The notes under the pieces were generated by a model, which saw nothing but the letters and a program-made list of their open reading frames with translations, was not told the DNA's origin and searched no databases. A DNA stretch of 64,000 nucleotides from Candidatus Krumholzibacteriia bacterium (GTDB lineage: Bacteria; Krumholzibacteriota; Krumholzibacteriia; LZORAL124-64-63): the NCBI GenBank assembly GCA_050174015.1, contig JBFXKG010000009.1, forward strand, positions 128,152 through 192,151, written 5' to 3'. A program made the translations under genes and the position numbers. The first letter of the stretch is position 1. Every line of letters begins with the position of its first letter. Shown one piece after another: positions 1 through 9,525 of this stretch.

Positions 1-93
1 GTCGTCGCTCCCCGAGCAGGCGGCCAGCGCGAGCAGGCAGAGGACCAGGAGGACCGGCGGGAGGCCTCCTTCCGGCAGCGTCCGTCGTGTCAT
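1..93 (-). CDS. Lipoprotein, N-terminal part only (runs off the window edge)
   Basis: Manual translation MTRRTLPEGGLPPVLLVLCLLALAACSGSDD has a hydrophobic stretch and an LAAC lipobox; its ATG overlaps the sulfatase stop (ATGA). Confidence 0.7.
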   Translation of the reverse strand, partial: MTRRTLPEGGLPPVLLVLCLLALAACSGSDD

Positions 94-1592
94 GAGGAAT
101 ACCCCAGATCCTTCAGTCTGCGGCGGATGGTGTCGTCCAGGTCGCCCCATGATCCGTCCGGCAGGTCACCCTCGGCCCCCGTCCCCGAACGTCCCCAGCG
201 GGCGAGAACGTCCTGCAGCGACCTGACGATTTCAGGGCGGTCGCCGGCGGCATCGTATTCCTCCGGACCGTCATTCACAAGATCGAAAAGCGCCAGAGGC
301 CGGCCGTCGCGGTGGGCGATCAGCTTCCACGGCCCCTGCCGGGCCGCCACCAGGTCGGGGCCGTAGGCGATGGCCTCGCTGAGAATGAACCGGTCGTCTG
401 CGCCGTCGTCGGCCCGGCCGGTCGCCAGGGACCGCCCGGTGAGCTGGGGGCGCATGTCCTCGGGAATCCGCTCAGGATAGGGCAGCGGGGGCAGATCGAG
501 CCAGTCCAGCAGGGTCGGGGACAGGTCCAGGAGGGAGGCCGGCTCCCGGCGCCGGACCCCCGCGGGCACGCCCGGTCCCCACGCCAGCCAGGGGACGCCC
601 AGGACTTCCCGGAACAGGGAATGCCCGTGCCCGATGCCGTGGATGCCCCTCGGGTCGTGATTCCAGCGGCGGGAGAAGTCCGCGTGATCCAGGAATTCCT
701 CTCCGTGGTCCGAGAAGACCGAGACCAGGGTCCGATCGGCGATCTCCCAGCGCTCGAGCTGATCCTGGAGGGAGCCGATGGCCCGGTCCACCTGGTGGAT
801 CGTGGCGTCGTAGACCGCGAGTTTCAGGGCCAGGGCAGCGGTGACGTCCTCCGCCGGGGGCCAGGGGCCCGACCCCAGGGCCGGGGCCGGATCCTCCCCC
901 CACCGGGCCAGCCCCCTCAGGAGGGCGGGATCCGGACGCCCGGCAACGGGGAGGAAGGCGTCCAGATCGGCGGGGGCCGGGGTGGTGGGTTCGTGGGGAT
1001 CGTTGAACAGGACGAAGCAGAAGAAGGGCCGGTCCCCGTGGCGGCGCATCCAGTCCAGGGCCGTCCGGGCCAGATCTCCGGCCGGGAAGTTCAGGTAGCG
1101 GTGGTGGTCGAAGCTCTCGGCGAGCCCGAAGGCGAAGAACTGGTTGGAGTAGAAGGCCGCCGTCCGGTATCCCTGCCGGCGCAGGTGGGCGGCGAGGGTC
1201 GTCACCTTCGGGTCGAGCCGGTGCGGAGGCTGGCGGTCCATGTTCCGCTCGGCTCCGGCCAGGTAGGCGCCGTGGAGGCCGGGCATCAGGCCGGTCAAGG
1301 CGCTGCTGAACGAGGGCAGGGTCCAGGGCGCCGGCGCGGTGACGTCCAGGAAGGCGGCGCCCCGGCCGGCGAGTCCGTCGAGACGGGGGCTGGTGGGGCG
1401 GCCGTACCCCGCCAGGCCCAGGTGGTCGGCGCGCAGGGTGTCCACCCCGATCAGCAGGAGGTTCGCCGGCCCGGTCGGGTCCCGATCCAGGCGGGTCGGC
1501 CGCCAAGGGCGGGCCAGGCTGCCGGACAGGCGGTGCAGCCCGGCCTGCCAGGTCTGCTTGCGGATCAGGGAGGCGAAGGGATCACTGGCCAT
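90..1592 (-). CDS. Sulfatase-like / alkaline phosphatase superfamily hydrolase
   Basis: NLLLIGVDTLRADHL, APWTLPSF, DPHEP and SDHGEEF motifs, C-terminal RLKDLGY; start taken at MASDPF. Confidence 0.85.
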   Translation of the reverse strand: MASDPFASLIRKQTWQAGLHRLSGSLARPWRPTRLDRDPTGPANLLLIGVDTLRADHLGLAGYGRPTSPRLDGLAGRGAAFLDVTAPAPWTLPSFSSALTGLMPGLHGAYLAGAERNMDRQPPHRLDPKVTTLAAHLRRQGYRTAAFYSNQFFAFGLAESFDHHRYLNFPAGDLARTALDWMRRHGDRPFFCFVLFNDPHEPTTPAPADLDAFLPVAGRPDPALLRGLARWGEDPAPALGSGPWPPAEDVTAALALKLAVYDATIHQVDRAIGSLQDQLERWEIADRTLVSVFSDHGEEFLDHADFSRRWNHDPRGIHGIGHGHSLFREVLGVPWLAWGPGVPAGVRRREPASLLDLSPTLLDWLDLPPLPYPERIPEDMRPQLTGRSLATGRADDGADDRFILSEAIAYGPDLVAARQGPWKLIAHRDGRPLALFDLVNDGPEEYDAAGDRPEIVRSLQDVLARWGRSGTGAEGDLPDGSWGDLDDTIRRRLKDLGYSS

Positions 1593-1694
1593 GGTTCGCT
1601 TCCGATCATGCCCGGCCCCGGCCCAAGGGCCGAAAAAGCAGGAAAAATAAAGGGTTACTGGACACCGGACCATCGCGCCGTTACTATGGGACGC

Positions 1695-2147
1695 ATGGAT
1701 CTCCTGAACTATACAACAGAAACCGCATTCCTTCCGCACTTCAAGTGTGGGAGTCTCGAAGACGCCGTCCGGGGTCTGGTCGCAGGCCTGGCGGCCGCCC
1801 AGGTGGTGCCCGAAACCGATTCTCTGGTCGCCGAGGTGATGCGCAGGGAGGAGGAAGGCAGCACGGCCGTGGGGGGCGGTCTGGTCATTCCCCACGCCCG
1901 CCTGGGAGCGGTGGACGACGTGCGCATCGCCGTGGCGACCCTTGCCGAGCCTCTCGATCTGCCCACCGACGACGACCAGCCCGTGGACGTCGTCATCCTC
2001 CTGCTCGGTCCCGAGGGCGACCCCCGCAAGATGCTGAGGGTCCTGGCTCGCCTGGCCCGCCTGGTCAAGCAGGACGACTTCCTGCAGGGACTGCGCGAGG
2101 CCGGCACCCGGACCGACCTGCGGTCCGCCTTCGCTCTGGCGCGCTGA
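1695..2147 (+). CDS. Stand-alone PTS EIIA (Ntr/fructose-type) domain protein
   Basis: RREEEGSTAVGGGLVIPHAR with the conserved phospho-His; DDQPVDVVILL. Confidence 0.85.
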   Translation: MDLLNYTTETAFLPHFKCGSLEDAVRGLVAGLAAAQVVPETDSLVAEVMRREEEGSTAVGGGLVIPHARLGAVDDVRIAVATLAEPLDLPTDDDQPVDVVILLLGPEGDPRKMLRVLARLARLVKQDDFLQGLREAGTRTDLRSAFALAR

Positions 2148-2191
2148 TCCTCCCCCGGTTTTGCTCAGGGGTGTCGATGGCATTCCCGGGC

Positions 2192-2220
2192 TTGAATGTG
2201 GGCATCCCGGGAGTTATTCT
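2192..2220 (+). promoter_or_regulatory. Putative sigma70 promoter of the envelope operon
   Basis: TTGAAT-17 bp-TATTCT upstream of the CDS at 2272. Confidence 0.5.
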
Positions 2221-2271
2221 CCACCTTCTACACCGCAATAACCTCCACCGGCCTGCATCGTCCATGCGGGC

Positions 2272-4707
2272 ATGAATTTCCCTCGAAGGGAGCGTGACTC
2301 CATGTCCCGAATCGGATGGAAGAACCCGGACAGTCCCCAGGGGGCCGGCCGGGCGCTCGAGACGGCCGTCCTGGTGCTGGTCGCTCTGGGCGGGGCCCTG
2401 GCGTCCTCCGGCGCGGCAATGGCCGCGGTGGCGGATCACCTGATCCTGGCCGAGATCCAGACCCTGAACAACGAGGATTCACGGCGCCCGCTGGCCAGCG
2501 AGTACGTCGAGATCGTCAACCCCACCGGGTCGGCGATCGACCTTTCCGACGTCTACCTGTCCGACGCCATCTACGCTCCCGGAGCCCAGTTCTACTGGCG
2601 GATCGCCGAGGGCGACCCGAGCGGGACAACCGCCGGCGGCGGAGCCTTCGCCGATTTCCACGCCCGGTTCCCTGCCGGGGCCAGCATCGCCGCGGGGGAC
2701 ACCATCGTCATCGCGGTCGGGGGCGGCAGCGGCAAGTACTTCGCGGCCTTCGGCAAGCTCCCCGATTTCGAGGTCTTCGAGGACGGCTCGACGCCCGACG
2801 AGGTGCCCGAACTGGTGGAGGCCTTTCCGGGCTCCATCGCGGCCGACCTGGGGCTTGGCGGGAATTCCCCGACCCTGAGCGACAGCTACGAGAGCCTGAT
2901 CCTCTATTCCTGGGACGGCGAGAGCGACCTGGTCACCGACCTGGACTTCGCCTTCTGGGGCAGCAGCGGCAGCTTCAGCAGCCAGTTCAACAAGGACGGG
3001 GTCGTGGTGGGGGCCTCCACCTACAACGCCGACACCCCGCCGGCCGCCCAGCAGGCCATCACCACCTCCACCCTGGTGGCGGGCCAGTCCTACATGCGCG
3101 TCGGCGCCGACGAGGGCACGGAGACCGGCAGCGGGGGCAACGGCTTCGGCGGGGACGACGAGACCAGCGAGAACCTGGGGACGACCTGGCAGCCGGCTGC
3201 GAACCAGGATCCGGCCATGCCGCCGGCTTCGTTCCATCCCTCCGCTCCGATCATCTCGGCCCACGGGGCCACCCCCGGCGCCCCCTTCGCGGGCCAGGAA
3301 GTGACGCTTTCGGTGACCGCGGTGTCCTTCTCCGCCCTCAGCGGGGTGACCTTCCACGTGGCCTACGACCGCGGCCCCTTCAATCCGGTCACCGGGACGA
3401 GCGCCGGCGGCGGGGTCTACACCACGACCCTTGCCGGCCAGGTCGAGGGCACGCACGTCGCCTGGTACGCCGTGGCCGCCAACAGCGCCGGCGGGCAGGA
3501 CGTCACCCCCGCTGCGGGCGCGGCCTCGCCCTACGAGTGGACGGTCGCCGCCGAGCCCCTGCCCAGCGAGGATCCCGACAAGCTGCTGCTGACCGAGATC
3601 TGCACGCTCGGCACCGAGCAGGAGTTCGTGGAGATCTACAACCCGAACGCCTACGCGGTCGACATGAGCGACTACTATCTCACCGATGCGATCTACAGCC
3701 CCAGCAGCCAGTACTACTGGCGGATCGCCGAGGGCAATCCCGGTCTGAACACCGTCGGCGGCGGCGCCTTCGGCGACTTCGAGGCGCGGTTCCCGGAGGG
3801 CTTCACCATCGCCGCCGGGGACACCATCGTGGTGACCTGCCCGGGCAGCACGGCATTTTCCGCCAACTTCGGGTTCCTGCCCGACCTGGAGATGTTCGAG
3901 GACGACGCCTTCCCCGACAACGTGCCGGACATGGTTCCGGTCTGGACGGACGGGGTCTACAACAGCATCGTCGGGGACGGGTCGCTGCCCGGCCTGAGCA
4001 ACGCCGCCGAGATCGTCATCCTCTACCACTGGCGGGAAGGCGACGACCTGGTGACGGACATCGACGTGTTCTCCTGGAAGGATCCCTCGTCGACCACAAC
4101 CAGCTTCTTCTTCGACAAGACCGGGGTGACGGTCGGCGGTTCGACCTACGGGCCGGACACCCCCGTCGGCAGTCAGCATCCCTTTGCCGTCCAACTCCAG
4201 TTCGGGCTGTCCTACCAGCGCAGCGACGTTTCCGAAGGCAGCCAGACCCAGGGCGCCGGCAACGGCGTGGACGGGCGCGACGAGACCAGCGAGGACTTCA
4301 ACGCCACGTTCACGGACCAGAACACGGTCGATCCCTCCCGCCCCCGGAGCGGTTCCTCGGGCGGGGAGGGCGGAGCCGAACTGGTGGTGGAGGCCAAGAC
4401 CTTCATTCCCACCGAGGGGGAGGTCTTCCCCATCCGCTTCGTGTCGAAGGCCCGCAGCGAGACCAAGCTGCGCCTGTTCGACCTGGAGGGGCGGCTGGTG
4501 GCCACCCTGTTCGACAGCCGCTTCAACGGTGCGCCATCGGTGATCCCGGGCGCCTATACGGTGGCGGTCTGGGACGGCCGCGACACGTACTACGAAAGGG
4601 TCAAGGCCGGTATGTACATCGCCCACCTCTCGGTGGTCGACAACCGGACGGGCGACAAGGAAACACTGACGGCGCCGGTGGTCGTGGCCACGCGGCTCAG
4701 CAACTAG
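2272..4707 (+). CDS. Secreted protein with two lamin-tail-domain (LTD)-containing modules and a C-terminal FlgD-Ig/T9SS-CTD-like domain
   Basis: Signal peptide; two copies of L.L.EI...E(Y/F)VEI.NP....D.S..YL.D; C-terminus KLRLFDLEGRLVATL...VWDGRD...VKAGMYI; true start may be 2302. Confidence 0.8.
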   Translation: MNFPRRERDSMSRIGWKNPDSPQGAGRALETAVLVLVALGGALASSGAAMAAVADHLILAEIQTLNNEDSRRPLASEYVEIVNPTGSAIDLSDVYLSDAIYAPGAQFYWRIAEGDPSGTTAGGGAFADFHARFPAGASIAAGDTIVIAVGGGSGKYFAAFGKLPDFEVFEDGSTPDEVPELVEAFPGSIAADLGLGGNSPTLSDSYESLILYSWDGESDLVTDLDFAFWGSSGSFSSQFNKDGVVVGASTYNADTPPAAQQAITTSTLVAGQSYMRVGADEGTETGSGGNGFGGDDETSENLGTTWQPAANQDPAMPPASFHPSAPIISAHGATPGAPFAGQEVTLSVTAVSFSALSGVTFHVAYDRGPFNPVTGTSAGGGVYTTTLAGQVEGTHVAWYAVAANSAGGQDVTPAAGAASPYEWTVAAEPLPSEDPDKLLLTEICTLGTEQEFVEIYNPNAYAVDMSDYYLTDAIYSPSSQYYWRIAEGNPGLNTVGGGAFGDFEARFPEGFTIAAGDTIVVTCPGSTAFSANFGFLPDLEMFEDDAFPDNVPDMVPVWTDGVYNSIVGDGSLPGLSNAAEIVILYHWREGDDLVTDIDVFSWKDPSSTTTSFFFDKTGVTVGGSTYGPDTPVGSQHPFAVQLQFGLSYQRSDVSEGSQTQGAGNGVDGRDETSEDFNATFTDQNTVDPSRPRSGSSGGEGGAELVVEAKTFIPTEGEVFPIRFVSKARSETKLRLFDLEGRLVATLFDSRFNGAPSVIPGAYTVAVWDGRDTYYERVKAGMYIAHLSVVDNRTGDKETLTAPVVVATRLSN

Positions 4708-4721
4708 AGAGAGGGTGAGCG

Positions 4722-5612
4722 ATGTTGCAGAAACTGACGATTCTGGCTGTTCTGGCGGCGCTCGGCCTCTCGGCCGCGCCCAGCCGGGCCTTCTTCGAGA
4801 ACACCGTGATGGACGGCCGCGCCCGGGGCATGGGCGAGAGCGCCGTGGCGGTCCCGGGCGGATCCTACTCCGCGTTCTACAACCCCGGCCTGCTCGCCGG
4901 CCGCACCGCAAGCACGGTGGGGGCGAGCTACGTCCGGCCCTTCCGGCTCGACTTCACCGACTTCTTCGCCGTGGGCGCGGCCCTGCCCCTGGGCGGGCGC
5001 TACGGCTCGGTCGGCATCGGTCTGAGCCAGTTCAAGGTGAATCACCTGGATACCGACCTGCTGAAGGAGACCCATGCCGCCTTCAGCCACGGCATCAGCC
5101 TGTTCGAGGACTACCACTCGCGCATCGACATGGGGTACAGCCTCAACGTCTACCAGGTCGAGCAGGGCGAGACCGTCTCGGGGATCGACCCGGGCAGCGA
5201 CACCGTCCTGGGGGTGGACTTCGGCATGGCCGTCACCCTGCACAAGCGGACGGTCCTGGGTTTCCTGGTCAAGAACCTGAACAATCCCATGATCGGCGTC
5301 GACGAGGAGGAGCTGCACCGCCGCCTGGTGGCCGGCGTCAGCTACGCACCCTATGACGGCGTGGTGACGACCTTCGAGTTCGACAACGAGCTCGGCGAGG
5401 ACGTCCAGTACCACGGCGGGATCGAGATGACCATCATCGAGGGCTTCACCCTGCGCGGCGGCGTGATCACCGGCCCCAACAAGCTGACGGCCGGATTCGG
5501 CTACGAACTGCAGGGATTCTCCCTCGACTACGGATTCGCCACCGGGGGCGGAACCCTCGACAGCACGCATCAGTTCGGACTGAACTTTGCCTGGGGCGGT
5601 GAGGCGCCGTGA
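4722..5612 (+). CDS. PorV/PorQ-like outer-membrane beta-barrel protein
   Basis: Signal peptide; GRARGMGE..VA...SAFYNPGLL signature of PorV/FadL-like barrels; alternating beta-strands; ends HQFGLNFAW. Confidence 0.75.
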   Translation: MLQKLTILAVLAALGLSAAPSRAFFENTVMDGRARGMGESAVAVPGGSYSAFYNPGLLAGRTASTVGASYVRPFRLDFTDFFAVGAALPLGGRYGSVGIGLSQFKVNHLDTDLLKETHAAFSHGISLFEDYHSRIDMGYSLNVYQVEQGETVSGIDPGSDTVLGVDFGMAVTLHKRTVLGFLVKNLNNPMIGVDEEELHRRLVAGVSYAPYDGVVTTFEFDNELGEDVQYHGGIEMTIIEGFTLRGGVITGPNKLTAGFGYELQGFSLDYGFATGGGTLDSTHQFGLNFAWGGEAP

Positions 5613-8158
5613 GAATAAACCCCATGCCACGCCGGGCCCGCGGTCTTGCGCCGCGGATCCTGCCCGGAATGGTTGCCGCGGTGCTGGCGGTCACGCTGGC
5701 GGCCGGGTGGTTCGCCGCCCCCGCCTCCGCCGCTCCGCCCAAGTCCCTCGATCTCAACCGGGCAAGCCTGGAGGAGATCATGGGCCTGCCCATTCCGCAG
5801 GAGCTCGCCCGGAAGATCCACGATCACCGCACCTACGTGCGGTACTTCGACAACGTGTTCGACCTGATGGAGATCGACGGGATGACGACCGAGATCTTCG
5901 CCGGGCTCAAACCCCTGGTCTCCACGCTTCCCCCGGACGTCCTGGATGTCGGCATCGCCCGCCTGTCGGCCGGTTACCGCCAGGTCCAGCAATATCTCGG
6001 GGAGGAGGGGTCCAGCGAAGGCCTTTCCGACGAGTACCTGGACAAGATGCGCAACCCCGAGAACCTCAACGAGATGGATCTGTTCGACCTCATGTCGTAC
6101 CAGAACGTCTCCCCGGTGGACGCCACCAACATCCTGAAGGCCCGGGAGCGCCTCGGCCGGTTCGAGAGCTCGCGCCAGCTCAGGAATTCCGAAGGCCTGC
6201 GGTACTACTCGTTCCGCAACCTGCGCGACTTCGTGGTCTACAGCGAGGACGAGAAGATCATCGATTCCCTGTGGCCCGTCACGGGGTACGTCCAGACCCG
6301 CTTCTGGCAGACTCCCTTCTCCAGCGACGAGGACGAACTGGGCAGCTACGCCAGCGGCGCTCCCCGCGGCCGCTACACCGTGGACCAGAAGGCCCTGTAC
6401 CAGCCCGGCTGGCTCAACAAGGTCCGCTGGAGCGCCAAGGGCGGCTACGTCGGCGGCCTCCTGGTCGACCGGGAATACGGCGAGAAGGACTTCGACGAGA
6501 CCGCCAAGGGCTTCGTGGGCATCACCGATCGCAAGTTCGGCGATGTGCGCCTGAAGGGCCTCTACGTGGGGGATTTCCGGGTCGCCTACGGCCTTGGCCT
6601 GATCATGGACAACACCGACTACATCCAATTCCGCAAGACCGGCTACGGTTTCAACAAGCGCCTGCTGGGGATCCACGGGGATCTGAGCCGCAGCTACGAG
6701 TACGGTCTGCGGGGAGCCGCCTTCGAGGGATCCTACGGCCGGGTCAACGGATCGTTCTTCGTGTCGAGCGACCGGAAGGACGGGATCCTCAATCCCGACG
6801 GGACCATCAACCGCTACGTGGTGATGCGGCCCCGGCCGGACGCGGAATGGCTCGAGGACCGCACGGTGAACGGTGTGCCCAGCTACCTGCGCCGGGACGC
6901 CTTCCAGGAGGACATCCTGGGCGGCAACCTGAAGGTCATGCTGGCGCCGGGCACCTTCGTGGGCATCACCGGCTACGAGGCCCGCTACGACAAGCCCTGG
7001 CGGGCGGACGAGGCCACCCTGGTGTCCGACACCGACCTGCTCGAGACGCGCGACAACGAGATCTGGAACGCCTACACCAGCGTGTACACCGACGAGCAGG
7101 GGGTCGTCCAGAGGGCCGACTGGCGGCGCGTCATGGGCGCCGAGGCCCAGGCCGTGGTCGGCAACATGGCGGTCCAGGGCGAGTACGCCTTCCTCCAGCA
7201 GCCGGGCAACGACTTCCTCACCAGCGCCAATCCCGACGCCTACATCGTCAACACCTTCGCCCAGTGGGAGAACCTGCACCTCCTGGGCATCTGGCGCGAC
7301 TACGACGTCGGATTCGACAATCCCTACGGGCGGGCCTTCAGCAACGACAGCCGTTACGAGATGACGCTGCTGGATTCGCCCTACCGCCTGAACGACGACC
7401 TGTACACCTGGACCGAGACGGGCACACCCCAGCCCAAGGCCGAGCGGGGACTCTACCTCGAGACCCGTTACCGGATCAGCCGGGCGCTCACCCTCAGCGG
7501 GCTGTCCTTCGACAGGTGGGAGCGCAAGGCCGACGGGGCCGACATGATGCGCTACACCCTGAAGGCGGAGTACCAGCCCAAGTTCAACATCCGGTTCCGG
7601 GTGCGGCACCGGTACAGCAGCCGTTCGGAGGGCGATCCCAGCGACGTGCGGACCTACCGCAACTGGGAGACCCGCTGGCAGATGATCACCATGCTCAGCA
7701 ACTACAACCGGCTGCAGTTCATGTACATGACCAGCAACGTGATGTTCCCCCCGCGCACCCGCTGGCCGTTCGCCGGCACCCCGGACGCCGGGGCCGGCGA
7801 TTCGGCCGTCGGCACGGCAGGGATGCCCGCCCAGGCCTTCGAGGTCCGCTACGAGCACAACCTGACGCCGGGAATCGAACTGACCTTCGGGTCCTCGATC
7901 TACGACGGCTTCCTCTGGAATTTCGAGGGCAACGAATTCGTCCTGCTCGACGGGACAGGATTCCGCAACTGGTTCAAGATCCAGAGCCGGGTCTCCGAGC
8001 GGATGCTGTTCCAGCTGAAGGTCACCAGGGACCACAACCTCCCCAAGACCTACGTCGACGTGCGCGATTTCGGCGACCCGCTGGGCAACGAGCCCGATGC
8101 GGAGTACGCCCCCAAGGATGACACCATCGTCCGTCTGCAGATGGACTACACCTTCTGA
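5609..8158 (+). CDS. ComEA-type helix-hairpin-helix protein fused to a large predicted outer-membrane beta-barrel
   Basis: Signal peptide; LDLNRASLEEIMGLP...ARKIHDHR...DLMEIDGM and a second copy NLNEMDLFDL...ATNILKARERLGRFES; aromatic amphipathic strands; ends LQMDYTF. Confidence 0.8.
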   Translation: MRINPMPRRARGLAPRILPGMVAAVLAVTLAAGWFAAPASAAPPKSLDLNRASLEEIMGLPIPQELARKIHDHRTYVRYFDNVFDLMEIDGMTTEIFAGLKPLVSTLPPDVLDVGIARLSAGYRQVQQYLGEEGSSEGLSDEYLDKMRNPENLNEMDLFDLMSYQNVSPVDATNILKARERLGRFESSRQLRNSEGLRYYSFRNLRDFVVYSEDEKIIDSLWPVTGYVQTRFWQTPFSSDEDELGSYASGAPRGRYTVDQKALYQPGWLNKVRWSAKGGYVGGLLVDREYGEKDFDETAKGFVGITDRKFGDVRLKGLYVGDFRVAYGLGLIMDNTDYIQFRKTGYGFNKRLLGIHGDLSRSYEYGLRGAAFEGSYGRVNGSFFVSSDRKDGILNPDGTINRYVVMRPRPDAEWLEDRTVNGVPSYLRRDAFQEDILGGNLKVMLAPGTFVGITGYEARYDKPWRADEATLVSDTDLLETRDNEIWNAYTSVYTDEQGVVQRADWRRVMGAEAQAVVGNMAVQGEYAFLQQPGNDFLTSANPDAYIVNTFAQWENLHLLGIWRDYDVGFDNPYGRAFSNDSRYEMTLLDSPYRLNDDLYTWTETGTPQPKAERGLYLETRYRISRALTLSGLSFDRWERKADGADMMRYTLKAEYQPKFNIRFRVRHRYSSRSEGDPSDVRTYRNWETRWQMITMLSNYNRLQFMYMTSNVMFPPRTRWPFAGTPDAGAGDSAVGTAGMPAQAFEVRYEHNLTPGIELTFGSSIYDGFLWNFEGNEFVLLDGTGFRNWFKIQSRVSERMLFQLKVTRDHNLPKTYVDVRDFGDPLGNEPDAEYAPKDDTIVRLQMDYTF

Positions 8159-8179
8159 TAGATCGAGGAGACTGGAGAC

Positions 8180-9523
8180 ATGAACACGAATTGCAGGATT
8201 TTCAGGGGCCTGGCGGGAGGGCTGCCCGCCCTGGCGCTGACGGCGGCCCTGCTGGCTCTTGCGGTCCCCGCCTGGTCCGTACCCCAGATCATGACCCCCT
8301 ACGGCGACCAGCTGGGGTGGACGGGCGCCGAGGTCAACGCCATGGGCGGGACGGGCACGGCCCTCTTCCGCGGCGGCTATTCCAACATCTTCAACCCGGC
8401 CCTCCTCGCCGACGCGACGGGCTACCGCTTCGACGGCGGCGTGTCCCTCGACCAGCAGCACGAGGACCGCTTCCAGCCCCTGTTCGACGGCTTCGAGTCC
8501 TACATCCGGGACGTGGCCATCGCCAGCAACCGGGAGCACTACTTCCAGACGGGCTTCGCCCTGTCGGGGATCTTCGGCTCCGGCGACCGCCCGGTGGCCG
8601 CGGCGCTGTCGCTGACCGACCGCTACGCCTTCAACTACACGTTCGAGGAGGAGCTGCGCAATCCCAGCCCCTACATCCCGGCCGCGGGCGAACCCGCCCG
8701 GGACCAGATCATCGAGGAGCGCCGGCGGGAGATCGACGGCACCGTCCGCGACCTCTCGGTCGGCGTGGGGTACCAGGTCCACGAGCGCATCTCGGTGGGA
8801 GCGGCGGCCCACTACGCCTTCGGGACCCGGACCGAGGTCAACACCGTCAGGGACCTGGCGACCGCGACCAACGGCTACGACCACCGCGACGAGTTCGACC
8901 TGAGCGGCGTGAACTTCACCGTCGGGCTGCGGGGCAAGGTCAATGACCGTCTGGAACTGGCCGTGGCCTGGGACAGCGCCCTCGAGGCCGAAGGCGACTG
9001 GACCTCCGACGACTACGAGGCGGGCACCGGCGAGACCACGAGCGGCATGGTGGACGGCTCCTTCAAGTATCCTCAGGCCTACCGGGCGGGCATGGCCTTC
9101 CGCCCCCGGACCGATCCGCGGACCGTGTTCACCATGGAGCTGGAGTACAAGCCCTGGAGCGAGCTGGAGGACTTCCGGGTGCCCGGGGACGACAATCCGC
9201 AGAACCTGGACGACACCATGGACGTGCGGATCGGCCTGGAGCACCTATTCTATAACGGGATGCCCCTGCGCTTCGGATTCCGGCACTTCGACAGCTACGC
9301 GGACAAGGAATCCTCGGCCACCGTCTTCAGCGCCGGCGTGGGCGCTCCCCTGGGAAGCGGAATGGTGTCGGTCTCGGTGGAGCTGAGCAAGATCTCCAGC
9401 ATCCAGGCCCATCAGTTCCCCTATCCCACCAACTACTTCGGTGACAGCTTCGTCGCCGACCCCATGGCCCGGGTCGAGGACACCCGGTTCCGCGTGGGGG
9501 CCGGCTACACGGTGGGGTTCTGA
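8180..9523 (+). CDS. FadL/OmpP1-like outer-membrane transport protein
   Basis: Signal peptide; AMGGTG.A......IFNPALL signature; beta-strand pattern; C-terminal Phe (GYTVGF). Confidence 0.7.
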   Translation: MNTNCRIFRGLAGGLPALALTAALLALAVPAWSVPQIMTPYGDQLGWTGAEVNAMGGTGTALFRGGYSNIFNPALLADATGYRFDGGVSLDQQHEDRFQPLFDGFESYIRDVAIASNREHYFQTGFALSGIFGSGDRPVAAALSLTDRYAFNYTFEEELRNPSPYIPAAGEPARDQIIEERRREIDGTVRDLSVGVGYQVHERISVGAAAHYAFGTRTEVNTVRDLATATNGYDHRDEFDLSGVNFTVGLRGKVNDRLELAVAWDSALEAEGDWTSDDYEAGTGETTSGMVDGSFKYPQAYRAGMAFRPRTDPRTVFTMELEYKPWSELEDFRVPGDDNPQNLDDTMDVRIGLEHLFYNGMPLRFGFRHFDSYADKESSATVFSAGVGAPLGSGMVSVSVELSKISSIQAHQFPYPTNYFGDSFVADPMARVEDTRFRVGAGYTVGF

Positions 9524-9525
9524 CC

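Noticed and set aside
5570..9244. Long antisense and alternate-frame ORFs (also 52166-54943, 58800-62885, 44268-47192 and many others)
   Set aside because: Typical high-GC shadow frames over well-supported genes, with no motifs of their own
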